DNA of 64,000 bases from Chloroflexota bacterium (GTDB lineage: Bacteria; Chloroflexota; Anaerolineae; Ardenticatenales; JAADHH01). The notes beneath the pieces were generated by a model, which saw only the letters and a program-made list of their open reading frames with translations, made no database searches and was not told the origin of the DNA. A program made the translations under genes and the position numbers. Positions within the stretch are counted from its first letter, which is position 1. Each line of letters opens with the position of its first letter. The stretch covers positions 3,195-67,194 of the forward strand of contig JAADHH010000095.1 of NCBI GenBank assembly GCA_013151955.1, written 5' to 3'. Shown here piece after piece: positions 28,123 through 36,628 of the stretch.

Positions 28123-30018
28123 CTATTCATGCCACGGAATGATCAAGGCGTTATCCTGGGCCCGGCCCGAAGCAACCGGCAGCCGCTCTCCCGTCTCTGG
28201 CCGGTACATGCCGACCAATAGCTGGTATGGCCCCGGGGGCGCATCGCCGGGAACGACCAGCCTGTGGACATCGCGGATCACGTCGCCGGCCCGCCACTGC
28301 CGGGTACGAAATGTCCCCTCGCGTGGTGGCCCATCATGTTGCGCCCAACGTTTTCCCTGCGCATCCACCAGGTGGACGAAGACCGTGTAATCGGCGGCCG
28401 GCACAGCTTCCGCTTGCCATAGCAGAGTGACGGTGAGCGGCTGTCCCGGACGAATCACCCCCCCAGACCCCTCCCGCGCCCTTCCCGGCGAGGAAACGTC
28501 GTACCCCAGCAGGCGAATCGTTTGGGCCAGGTCCCCATCGTATGCACGAAAAGGGCGCGCCGGTCTACACAATTCATAGCCGTCCACCCGCCCGGTGCAG
28601 GCATAGTACATCTCCATGGCCGACAGCATTTCCCGACTGAAGCGGTGGAAGCCCTCGCGGTCGGCGTGTGCGCCCCGGCGAAGAACGAGGAGCGGGAAAC
28701 GGTGTGCGGCCAGGTCCTGCAAGAAGGGCGCGGGGTCCCACGCCCCCTGAGCGGCAAGTTGTGTATAGACAAAAGAATGGATGGCAACGGGCCGGTCATT
28801 GACGGCCAGGATGCCCATATCCTCCGCCAGGATGGGGTCAGGCACTCCCGCTAACCGTGCGGAGAGCTGCTCGTCAATCTGGGCCGTATGTTGCAGCCAG
28901 GCCGCCTCGGCGACCGGCCCCAACCGCTCAAATCCCGGCAGGAAGAGGCCCAGTTGTGCAATCACCAGCAGGGCCACGAGCAGGGTCGCCCATCCTCCAT
29001 TGCGCCGGTCGCCCAAGCGTTGCCAGGCCATGGCGGCGAGCAGGCACATCACGGCCAGCGTTTCCAAGTAATAGTTCTCCCACGCGCCCGCCTTGCCGGC
29101 GGAGAGCGTCACCAATGCTGCGCACAGGAAATAAACCCCGGCCAAGGAAAGGTGCCGCTCGCGCCACTCCATCAGCAATTCTCCCCCCGCCGAAATTGCG
29201 ATCAGGGCAACAAGTGCCAGAAACCCGCCGGTAAATCGCAGAAACGCCGCCAAATTGTAGGGGTTGGCGTTGCCGATCACCACGTCCGTAAAGAAAGTCC
29301 CTCCGGTGGCCAGATTCAAGCCGGCGAAGGCCAGTCCCCCGGCCGTGACCATTCCCAAGGCCCAAAGCAGCCCCCGCCGTCTGTCTTGCGATAGAAGCAC
29401 AAGGCCGTATGCCAGCGGCGCGGCAACGAACGATTGTTTGGTATAGAAGGCCAGCAAGAAGAGCAGGGAAGCAAAGAAGATGCGGCGCGGCGCAAACGTC
29501 TTTTCCCCTACAGGATATGCCAGGTACATGCCGGCCAGGCTAAAGGCCAATGCCAGCGCGTCGGGACGGAAAAACGTAGCCCAGCGGTAGGCGAAGGGAG
29601 AGGCGAGAAAGAGCAACGCGGCCATCATCGCCCACCTCTGCGCCGTCTTCTCACGACGGGCCAGGGCATAGATCACCCAGGCACTCAGCAAGATGCTGCC
29701 GGCCGAAATCAATCGCCCGCCCCACAGCGCCGGCCCGCCCAAACGCAAGAATTGTGCGGAAAGCCAGAGATAGAGAGGGGTGTAGACGGAAAAAGTGTAG
29801 GGGAAGCCCTCAATCGGTTTGTATGGCCAGCCTCCTCGTGCAAACTGGCGCGCCCAATCGAGCACCGGCCCTTCGCCATACTCAATCGTGTAGGGAAACC
29901 TGATTACCGCCCAACTCCGGTAGGCAAAGGCCAGCAAAAACAGGGCCAGCAACCCAAAAGCAAGGAGCGTTGCGCCCTGCCCGGGCCACCCGGTTTCGGA
30001 CTGGTGACGCCGGCTCAT
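28123..30018 (-). CDS. GT39/GT83-like (ArnT/PMT_2-type) polytopic membrane glycosyltransferase with C-terminal soluble domain
   Basis: ORF 28123..30192 trimmed to ATG 30018 (MSRRHQSETGWPGQGATLLAFGLLALFLLAF...). At least 11 hydrophobic helices. The C-terminus matches the domain in 5557..7488 and 7485..9836. Confidence 0.8.
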   Translation of the reverse strand: MSRRHQSETGWPGQGATLLAFGLLALFLLAFAYRSWAVIRFPYTIEYGEGPVLDWARQFARGGWPYKPIEGFPYTFSVYTPLYLWLSAQFLRLGGPALWGGRLISAGSILLSAWVIYALARREKTAQRWAMMAALLFLASPFAYRWATFFRPDALALAFSLAGMYLAYPVGEKTFAPRRIFFASLLFLLAFYTKQSFVAAPLAYGLVLLSQDRRRGLLWALGMVTAGGLAFAGLNLATGGTFFTDVVIGNANPYNLAAFLRFTGGFLALVALIAISAGGELLMEWRERHLSLAGVYFLCAALVTLSAGKAGAWENYYLETLAVMCLLAAMAWQRLGDRRNGGWATLLVALLVIAQLGLFLPGFERLGPVAEAAWLQHTAQIDEQLSARLAGVPDPILAEDMGILAVNDRPVAIHSFVYTQLAAQGAWDPAPFLQDLAAHRFPLLVLRRGAHADREGFHRFSREMLSAMEMYYACTGRVDGYELCRPARPFRAYDGDLAQTIRLLGYDVSSPGRAREGSGGVIRPGQPLTVTLLWQAEAVPAADYTVFVHLVDAQGKRWAQHDGPPREGTFRTRQWRAGDVIRDVHRLVVPGDAPPGPYQLLVGMYRPETGERLPVASGRAQDNALIIPWHE

Positions 30019-30026
30019 ACAGACGA

Positions 30027-30503
30027 TCAGTTTTCGCCGGCCCGCTGCGGGCGTTCTGGAGTATGCCAGCCTCTGGCGAAGCGGCCCACGTGCTTGCGGC
30101 AACGATGGTCCCAAACACCGCCGGGAGCTTCCCAGCCGCCGCCGGCACGCTGCTTGGTGCGAGCACAATCGTAGCAGACGTAGTCCCGGCACTTATCGCA
30201 CGGCCCACCCCAATAGATTTCCTCCGATGCGACCGCTTTGCCGCATGAGGCACAAGTGATTGCCGCTTCGGCCCAGCTATCGAAACAGTTCTGGCAAATC
30301 CCTTCCCACGCCACCGGCAGATGATGCCATTGTTCCGACCAGTAGCCTGCCGTTTCTGCCCGCCGCAGCCCGCTACACCGTTTGCAATGCGACTTTCCAC
30401 ACGTCCGGCAGGTTTTCATCTCCGCCGGATTGCGCAGATGCCCACACAACGGGCAGGTGGCCGGTTGCCGGCGCTCTTCATTGTCTGGTGATGGCATACT
30501 CAT
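30027..30503 (-). CDS. Cys-rich multi-zinc-ribbon-like protein (158 aa), unassigned family
   Basis: Seven CxxC pairs (C17/20, 32/35, 40/43, 70/73, 84/87, 102/105, 110/113) plus C135; Trp-rich. Its start abuts the GNAT stop, and its stop lies 8 nt before the GT39-like start. This composition is unlike GC-rich noise ORFs. Confidence 0.7.
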   Translation of the reverse strand: MSMPSPDNEERRQPATCPLCGHLRNPAEMKTCRTCGKSHCKRCSGLRRAETAGYWSEQWHHLPVAWEGICQNCFDSWAEAAITCASCGKAVASEEIYWGGPCDKCRDYVCYDCARTKQRAGGGWEAPGGVWDHRCRKHVGRFARGWHTPERPQRAGEN

Positions 30504-31397
30504 TCAATTCCTTCCGCGTATGACCCGCTCGAAAATCGCAAAGTTCAGGGCCTTGTCATTCACGTAACCGGCCGCTTCCAGAATCTCCGGCCAGGGCGAC
30601 CCTTTGGGCACAAAGGCCAATACCTCGCGGTCCGGTGTGGCTGTGGCCTTTCGACGCAGGGCCCGCACCAAATCGGCGACGGAATCTTGCGCGCCATCCA
30701 GCAGCCCAACCCACAAGCGGCCCCGTTCCGCCAAGAAATCGTGCGCATCTGGCGTAAGGGCGACCGCAGCAAGGGACCGGTCCGCACGGCGATAGCCGAC
30801 CACTTCACCGGCGCGCAAGTGTTCGGCCAGGCGAGCAGGCGTCAACGCCGGCCACCTCCAACCGACGGCGCACAGCCGGTGACCGGCCGCGAACACCTCG
30901 GACCGTTCCAGCAGGGCCATCACCGCCGGCCCCTCCTCCGGCCCCAACGTTTGCGGGGCCGGGGCCACGATCGATTCGTCCGCCCTCCCCCTGAAACAAA
31001 GCGGGGTTGCTACGCGACGAAAGTTCGACCTATCCATAATGTGATGTACGGCTGCGTTGTGCACACCGGTGGCCAGGCGCAGCACCCGCGGCCTCAGCCG
31101 GGCCAGGTACTGGCGCTGGCCGGCCATGTAGGCATTGGCCACACCCGACTTGCGCACCTCTGGGGCCACCCGCAACCCCTCCAGCCAAATCTCGCCCGGG
31201 CCCAGGGCGGTCACCTTGCCGATGGCGACCGGCTTGCCGTGCAGTTCACCTACCAAAAAAGCGCCGGTCACATCAGCAAGCCATTCGTCCCAAACATCGG
31301 CGATGTAGTCGCCAAACTCGTCCCAGGTATGCTCACAAAAGGCCAGCACCGCTTCTTTGTCTTCCGGTCGAGCCGGTCTTACGACAAATCCCTCCAT
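30504..31397 (-). CDS. GNAT-family N-acetyltransferase with C-terminal extension
   Basis: ORF 30504..31559. The upstream part runs through MITE D1, so the start was set at ATG 31397 (MEGFVVRPARPEDKEAVLAF...; SD AAGGAG upstream), with ATG 31424 as the alternative. Acetyl-CoA motif 'RVAPEVRKSGVANAYM'. Confidence 0.8.
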   Translation of the reverse strand: MEGFVVRPARPEDKEAVLAFCEHTWDEFGDYIADVWDEWLADVTGAFLVGELHGKPVAIGKVTALGPGEIWLEGLRVAPEVRKSGVANAYMAGQRQYLARLRPRVLRLATGVHNAAVHHIMDRSNFRRVATPLCFRGRADESIVAPAPQTLGPEEGPAVMALLERSEVFAAGHRLCAVGWRWPALTPARLAEHLRAGEVVGYRRADRSLAAVALTPDAHDFLAERGRLWVGLLDGAQDSVADLVRALRRKATATPDREVLAFVPKGSPWPEILEAAGYVNDKALNFAIFERVIRGRN

Positions 31398-31427
31398 TCG
31401 CAACGCGCTCCTTTGCTCACCCATTTC

Positions 31428-31518
31428 GTATCTTCTCAATAAAACGGGGTGGGACGACCCAGAAGTTCGACTTTTGGTAAAAGTCGAACTTCTTCGCCCC
31501 GGAATATTGAGAAGATAC
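31428..31518 (+). mobile_element. MITE, shared-TIR superfamily, core type D (copy D1)
   Basis: GTATCTTCTCAATAAAACGGGG ... CCCCGGAATATTGAGAAGATAC. Core is the palindrome AGAAGTTCGACTTTTGGTAAAAGTCGAACTTCT. No TSD is visible. Confidence 0.8.
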
Positions 31519-31757
31519 GTCAACATCGACAAAAAGTTGTCTATGTTTCTGTAGGACACAGATTCTCACAGAAAAACAGTATCTTCTCAAAAAGTAGGGG
31601 CGATCCCTTGCGGTCGCCCTACGGGGCAGGCGCAAGGCCATGCCCCTACCACACGGATTATTGAGAGGATACGAAAAACAGAGATAAAACATTCAGAAAA
31701 ATCTGTGTTTATCCTGCAAATCTGTGCCCCATGATTCTTTCTCCGACAAGCTGCTAG
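31519..31757 (+). repeat. Family C repeat, copy C2 (mosaic), interrupted by MITE B2
   Basis: GTCAACATCGACAAAAAGTTGTCTATGTTTCTGTAGGACACAGATTCTCACAGAAAAACA [insert] GAGATAAAACATTCAGAAAAATCTGTGT...CTCCGACAAGCTGCTAG. The uninterrupted form is at 63421-63480. Confidence 0.85.
31579..31672 (-). mobile_element. MITE, shared-TIR superfamily, core type B (copy B2), nested inside repeat C2
   Basis: GTATCTTCTCAA...TTGAGAGGATAC flanked by a perfect 8-bp direct repeat GAAAAACA (31571-78 and 31673-80). The copies at 63421-63480 and 48001-48040 carry GAAAAACA only once. Confidence 0.9.
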
Positions 31758-32725
31758 TATGCGGCCAACCGCCGCGCGGCCTCAGCGATCTTTGCCGCGT
31801 CCGGACGGAAAAAATCCTCCAGCGGCGGGCTATAGGGCACAGGCGTATCGGGTGCCGTGACCCGCAATACCGGCCCGTCCAGATAGTCGAAAGCCCGTTC
31901 GGCGATGAGGGCGGCCAGTTCCGCACCAAAACCGGCCGTGCGGCTCGCCTCGTGGGTGATGACCACCTTGCCCGTCTTGCGTGCGCTGGCCAACACAGTT
32001 TCTTCGTCCAGGGGAACCAGCGTGCGCAAGTCCAGCACCTCGGCGTCAATCCCTTCTTGCTCCAGCACCTCGGCAGCGGCCAGCGCCTCGTGGACCATCG
32101 CCCCGTACGCCAACAGGCTCAAATCGCTCCCTTTGCGTCGCACTGCGGCCTGGCCAAAGGGCACAACATAGTCGTCGGTCGGGATGTCCTCCTTGATCCG
32201 CCGGTAGAGGTATTTGTTTTCCAGGAAGATCACCGGGTTGGGGTCGCGGATGGCCGATTTCAGCAGTCCTTTGGCGTCGTAGGCCGTGGCCGGCACGACG
32301 ACCCGCAGGCCGGGCGCATGGCAAAACCACGCCTCCGGGTTCTGCGAGTGGAACGGGCCGGCGCGCACACCACCACCGGAAGGCGCACGAATGACAATCG
32401 GCACCGCAGCGCGCCAGCGATAGAAGCTGGTGCCGGCCACGTTGACGATTTGGTCGAAAGCGCAGGCCATGAAATCGGCAAATTGAATCTCGGCCACCGG
32501 GCGCATACCCATCATGGCCGACCCGATAGCCGAGCCAACGATGGCAATCTCGCACATCGGCGTATCGATCACACGGCGCGGGCCGAATGTCTCCAGCAAT
32601 CCTTGCGTCACCTTGAAGGCACCGCCGTACACGCCGATGTCTTCACCGAGCAAAAAGACCCGTTCATCCCGGTGCATTTCCTCTTCCAGGGCTTGATGGA
32701 TGGCTTCCAGGTATGTCACTTCCAT
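31754..32725 (-). CDS. 2-oxoacid dehydrogenase E1 component, beta subunit (transketolase-like)
   Basis: ORF 31754..32833 trimmed to ATG 32725 (SD GGAGGTG 6 nt upstream): MEVTYLEAIHQALEEEMHRDERVFLLGEDIGVYGGAFKVTQGL... The upstream 36 codons lie in a tandem repeat. Confidence 0.92.
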   Translation of the reverse strand: MEVTYLEAIHQALEEEMHRDERVFLLGEDIGVYGGAFKVTQGLLETFGPRRVIDTPMCEIAIVGSAIGSAMMGMRPVAEIQFADFMACAFDQIVNVAGTSFYRWRAAVPIVIRAPSGGGVRAGPFHSQNPEAWFCHAPGLRVVVPATAYDAKGLLKSAIRDPNPVIFLENKYLYRRIKEDIPTDDYVVPFGQAAVRRKGSDLSLLAYGAMVHEALAAAEVLEQEGIDAEVLDLRTLVPLDEETVLASARKTGKVVITHEASRTAGFGAELAALIAERAFDYLDGPVLRVTAPDTPVPYSPPLEDFFRPDAAKIAEAARRLAAY

Positions 32726-32744
32726 CGTTGTCACCTCCAAATTT

Positions 32745-32852
32745 TCTCCGGTATGGGCGCCCCTTGCGGTCGCCTTGGGCCAGGGCGAGCCTTGGGCCAG
32801 GGCGAACCTTGGGCAAGGGCGAACCTTGGGCAAGGGCGAACCTTGCCCCTAC
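32745..32852 (-). repeat. TIR-less type-B core containing a 4.5x tandem 17-bp repeat
   Basis: Units CCTTGGGCCAGGGCGAG (32773-89), CCTTGGGCCAGGGCGAA (32790-806), and CCTTGGGCAAGGGCGAA twice (32807-40). Flanked by CCCTTGCGGTCGCC and CCCCTAC as in MITE B cores. Fills the E1-alpha/E1-beta gap. Confidence 0.85.
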
Positions 32853-33817
32853 ACGTCGCAGAACACGCCTTCGAGGGCCTCGCGCCCTTCGGGGAAGGGG
32901 CTCTTTTCGGCAAAAGTCGTGGCGTCATCCACGGCAGCGGCGACGCGCGACGCGATCTCTTCCGCCAGCTCATCGGAGAGCAGGCCCTGCTGGCGTAGCG
33001 CCGCCTCGAAGCGGCGGATGGGGTCTTTTTCGCGCCACGCTGCGAGCAGTTCCTGTGGCACGTAGAAGGCATCGTCGTGTGCCGCATGGCCACGCATACG
33101 CATGGTCTTGGCCTCGATGAGTGTGGGGCCTTCGCCGCGTCGCGCCCGTTCCACCGCTTTGTGCACCACGTCGTAAACGGCCAGCACATCGTTGCCATCC
33201 ACCACAACGCCGGGGATGCCGTAACCGGCGGCGCGATCGGCCAGATTCTCGATGGCAAACTGCTTCTTCGTCGGCGTGGAATAGGCAAACTGGTTGTTCT
33301 CGCAAATGAAGACGGCCGGCGCTTTGAGTACCGAAGCGAGATTCAGCGTTTCGTGCGCCGCGCCTTCACTGCTGGAGCCATCGCCAAAGAAGGCCAGCGC
33401 CACACGCGGTTCCTGGCGCACCCAGAAAGCCATGGCCGCGCCCAGCGTCAACGGGAGTTGGTCGGGCAGGGGGCTGACGTAGCCGAGAATGCCCAGGTTC
33501 AGGTCGCCCATGCCGTGCGTGTTTCCGTCGCGGCCTCGACTGAGTGCCGTGCGCCGGCCCAAGAATTGGGCGAGTACCTGCCGGGGCGTGATGCCGCGCA
33601 CCAAGTAGGCCCCCAGATCACGGTGGAGCGGCGCCACCACATCATCCGGCCCCAGCGCCCACGCCGCGCCGACGGCTATCGCCTCGTGCCCCAGGCTGGA
33701 AAAAGAGACCCCCTCGATCTTCCCCTGCTTGAAGAGCAAGTCGATGCGGTCGTCCACAGCACGGGTCAGCAGCATATACTCGTAAATTTGCAGCAAATCC
33801 TCATTCGGTAAGGTCAT
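32849..33817 (-). CDS. 2-oxoacid dehydrogenase E1 component, alpha subunit (TPP-binding)
   Basis: ORF 32849..33838 (GTG) trimmed to ATG 33817 (SD GGAGGGGAGGG 8 nt upstream): MTLPNEDLLQIYEYMLLTRAVDDR... TPP motif 'GDGSSSEGAAHETLNLA'. Confidence 0.92.
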   Translation of the reverse strand: MTLPNEDLLQIYEYMLLTRAVDDRIDLLFKQGKIEGVSFSSLGHEAIAVGAAWALGPDDVVAPLHRDLGAYLVRGITPRQVLAQFLGRRTALSRGRDGNTHGMGDLNLGILGYVSPLPDQLPLTLGAAMAFWVRQEPRVALAFFGDGSSSEGAAHETLNLASVLKAPAVFICENNQFAYSTPTKKQFAIENLADRAAGYGIPGVVVDGNDVLAVYDVVHKAVERARRGEGPTLIEAKTMRMRGHAAHDDAFYVPQELLAAWREKDPIRRFEAALRQQGLLSDELAEEIASRVAAAVDDATTFAEKSPFPEGREALEGVFCDV

Positions 33818-33844
33818 AACCGAAACCCTCCCCTCCACGTCTGT

Positions 33845-35149
33845 TCACAAATAGTGCAGCTCCCGCGCGGCATAGCGCAACTCGTCGCGAAAATCGGGGT
33901 GAGCAATGGTGATCAACGCCTGTGCCCTTTGGCGGATGCTCTTGCCATACAGATCAGCGATTCCGAATTCGGTCACAATGTAGTGTACATCGTTTCTCGT
34001 GGTGGTCACGCCGGCCCCCGGCTTCAAGTCAGCAACGATGCGCGAGAACTTGCCGCCACTGGCCGTCGAGGGGAGCGCGATGATCGGCACACCGCCTCGT
34101 GAACGCGCGGCCCCACGGATGAAATCAATCTGGCCGCCCACACCGCTATAGAATCTGTGGCCAATCGAATCGGCACATACCTGCCCGCTCAAATCGACTT
34201 CGATGGCTGAGTTGATGGCCACCATCCGGTCGTTCTGGCTGATTACGAAAGGATCGTTGACGTAGCCGGTGGGGTGCATTTCCACGATGGGGTTGTTATC
34301 GACAAACTCGTAGAGCCTTTGCGACCCGAGCAGAAAGCCGGCCACGATCTTGCCACGGTGCAGTGTCTTGCGCTCGTTGGTGATGACGCCTGCCTCGACC
34401 AGGTCTATCACGCCGTCGGAGAACATTTCCGTGTGTACGCCCAGGTCCTTCTTGTTGTACAATGCGTGCAGGACACCGTCGGGGATGCCGCCGATGCCCA
34501 TTTGCAGGGTGGCGCCGTCGGGAATCAACTCGGCCACCTGCTCGCCGATGCGCAGTTGCAGCTCCGTGGTCTCGCCTTGCGGCAATTCGACCAACGGACG
34601 ATTGACCGGTACGGCGTAATCCAGCTTGCTGACGTGGATGAAACTATCACCCAGCGTGCGGGGCATACACTCGTTGACCTCGGCGACCACGATGCGCGCG
34701 GCCTCGGATGCCGGCTTGGTGATTCCAACCTCCACGCCGAAGGAGCAGAAGCCATGCTCGTCGGGAGGTGACACCTGCACGAGAGCCACATCCAACGCCA
34801 GGGGCGCGTCTCGACGAAAGAGGGCCGGAATTTCCGAAAGGAATACCGGAGTAAAATCGGCACGTCCCTCATTGATGGCACGGCGCATGTTGGGGCCAAT
34901 GAAAAGCACGTTCGTGCGGATGTGTCCTTCCATGTCTGGGGCCATGTACGGCGCGTCTCCGACGGTGAGGACGTGGACCAGCTCCAGGTCGGTGAGTTCG
35001 TGTGCCCGGCGTGCGAGGGCCTGCACCAGCGTCTCCGGCATACTGCAATTGCCGGTCATGAAGATGCGTTGGGCCGACTGGACGACCTGCAAAGCCTCGT
35101 CTGGGGGAACGATCCGTTCGCGGTAAGTCTTTTCCCAGGTGACACTCAT
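33845..35149 (-). CDS. Acetyl-CoA hydrolase/transferase family protein (4-hydroxybutyrate / succinyl-CoA:acetate CoA-transferase type)
   Basis: ORF 33845..35290 trimmed to ATG 35149 (MSVTWEKTYRERIVPPDEALQVV...). 'SGVGGQIDFIRGA' family motif. 4-nt overlap with the ald stop. Confidence 0.88.
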   Translation of the reverse strand: MSVTWEKTYRERIVPPDEALQVVQSAQRIFMTGNCSMPETLVQALARRAHELTDLELVHVLTVGDAPYMAPDMEGHIRTNVLFIGPNMRRAINEGRADFTPVFLSEIPALFRRDAPLALDVALVQVSPPDEHGFCSFGVEVGITKPASEAARIVVAEVNECMPRTLGDSFIHVSKLDYAVPVNRPLVELPQGETTELQLRIGEQVAELIPDGATLQMGIGGIPDGVLHALYNKKDLGVHTEMFSDGVIDLVEAGVITNERKTLHRGKIVAGFLLGSQRLYEFVDNNPIVEMHPTGYVNDPFVISQNDRMVAINSAIEVDLSGQVCADSIGHRFYSGVGGQIDFIRGAARSRGGVPIIALPSTASGGKFSRIVADLKPGAGVTTTRNDVHYIVTEFGIADLYGKSIRQRAQALITIAHPDFRDELRYAARELHYL

Positions 35150-36243
35150 CGTATGTTTCCCCCATCGTTTTGCCGCAGGGCCGGATGGATGACTGCCCCG
35201 TTCCGGGTGTTCACGCCACGACCGAGGTCGGGATGTTGCCGAATCGCTTTGTCGAGACCCTGGGTGGCGATGGCCATGATGTACGGCCACACGGCATTAC
35301 TGAGGGCGTGCGTGGCGGTGCGCGCCACTGCGCTGGTCATATTCGGCACACAGTAGTGGATGACGCCTTCCGCTACGTAGCAGGGATCATCGAGTGTTGT
35401 GGGACGGGTAGTCTCCACGCAGCCTCCTTGATCCACGGAGATGTCCATAATCAGCGATTGCGGCTTCATCGAGCGCACCATATCTCGCGTGATAATCACC
35501 GGGGCGCGCGCGCCGGCCACCAGAATAGCACCAACCACTACGTCCGCAAAATGCAGCACCTTCTCCAGATTAAACCGGTGGGCTACCATCGTAATCACCT
35601 GATCGCCAAAGTGCTGATCGACCCATTGCAAACGGGCCAGGTCTTTATCCAGGACGTGGATGCTGGCCCCCAGGCCAAGAAAGGAGCGGATGGCGCTCGT
35701 GCCGACCATGCCCGCACCGACGATGGCCACCTCAGCCGGCGGCACACCGGGCAGGCCGCCCAGCAGAACCCCTTTGCCGCCACAACCAACCTCCAGCAGG
35801 CGGGCCGCCGTCTGGGCGGTCATACGTCCGGCGATCTCGCTGATGGCCGAAAGGACCGGCAGGTGGCCCGCTTCATCTTCGATGGTCTCGTATCCGATGG
35901 CCGTAACCTGGTGGTCGAGGAGCAACCGCATCTTGGTTGGCTGGGCCGATGCCAGGCTCAAGAAGCTCATTACGATTTGCCCGGGCTGTAGCGTTTCCAG
36001 TTCCTGTTGTGTGGGGCGGGCTACTTTGAGAATCAAGTCTGCGCGTGCAAACGCTTCGTGGGCTGTGTACACGATTTGCGCACCCGCAGCGCGGTAGTCT
36101 TCATCTCGAAAACCCGAACTGACGCCGGCCCCCCTCTCTACATAGAATCTATGGCCGGCCTGGGTCAGCATTTGCACGATGGCCGGCATGAGACCCACGC
36201 GACACTCGAAGGGACGTGTTTCCTTGGGAATGCCAATGTTCAC
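35146..36243 (-). CDS. ald: Alanine dehydrogenase (AlaDH/PNT family)
   Basis: 365 aa. MNIGIPKETRPFECRVGLMP...; NAD fold 'VAIVGAGMVGTSA'. Confidence 0.88.
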   Translation of the reverse strand: MNIGIPKETRPFECRVGLMPAIVQMLTQAGHRFYVERGAGVSSGFRDEDYRAAGAQIVYTAHEAFARADLILKVARPTQQELETLQPGQIVMSFLSLASAQPTKMRLLLDHQVTAIGYETIEDEAGHLPVLSAISEIAGRMTAQTAARLLEVGCGGKGVLLGGLPGVPPAEVAIVGAGMVGTSAIRSFLGLGASIHVLDKDLARLQWVDQHFGDQVITMVAHRFNLEKVLHFADVVVGAILVAGARAPVIITRDMVRSMKPQSLIMDISVDQGGCVETTRPTTLDDPCYVAEGVIHYCVPNMTSAVARTATHALSNAVWPYIMAIATQGLDKAIRQHPDLGRGVNTRNGAVIHPALRQNDGGNIR

Positions 36244-36310
36244 GCTATATCCTCCATTTTGAAAATAGGTTTCGAGTTGTATATTCCGTGTTGCGTCGCT
36301 CGACGCTCGA

Positions 36311-36520
36311 CGCGATTTTCATCCGTGGTGGCGTGCAACCGCTCAGGGTGACTGTTATGAAAATAACGTGTCAGGTAAAACGTAATGCGTGATGCGTGAT
36401 GCGTAAGACGCAATACGCATTACGTTTCACGTCTTCACGTTTCACGCATTACGTTTCACGCCTTCACGTTTCACGTCCTACGATTTTCATCCTTGGTGGC
36501 GGGCAACCGCCCATGGGCAC
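36311..36520 (-). repeat. Family E composite repeat, copy E3 (longest array, about 15 units)
   Basis: 36369-36478 is the inverted heptamer array with the GAAA block duplicated. Bracketed by a ~38-bp direct repeat CGATTTTCATCCNTGGTGGCGNGCAACCGC (36314-50 and 36481-520). Confidence 0.9.
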
Positions 36521-36628
36521 TGCTTTCTTAATACTACCCTGTTTCGCAAAAAAATGCAAGAGGCCGATGTTCCACGGTTGACAAACGAACCTACGCGCGC
36601 TAGAATAAGTTCATCACATTGGGAGGTC

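Noticed and set aside
36311-36520. The regularly repeating short units in the family E elements look superficially like a CRISPR array.
   Set aside because: The units are 7-8 bp and directly abutting, with no unique spacers. The arrays are only ~90-110 bp, occur at four dispersed loci, and no cas genes are present.
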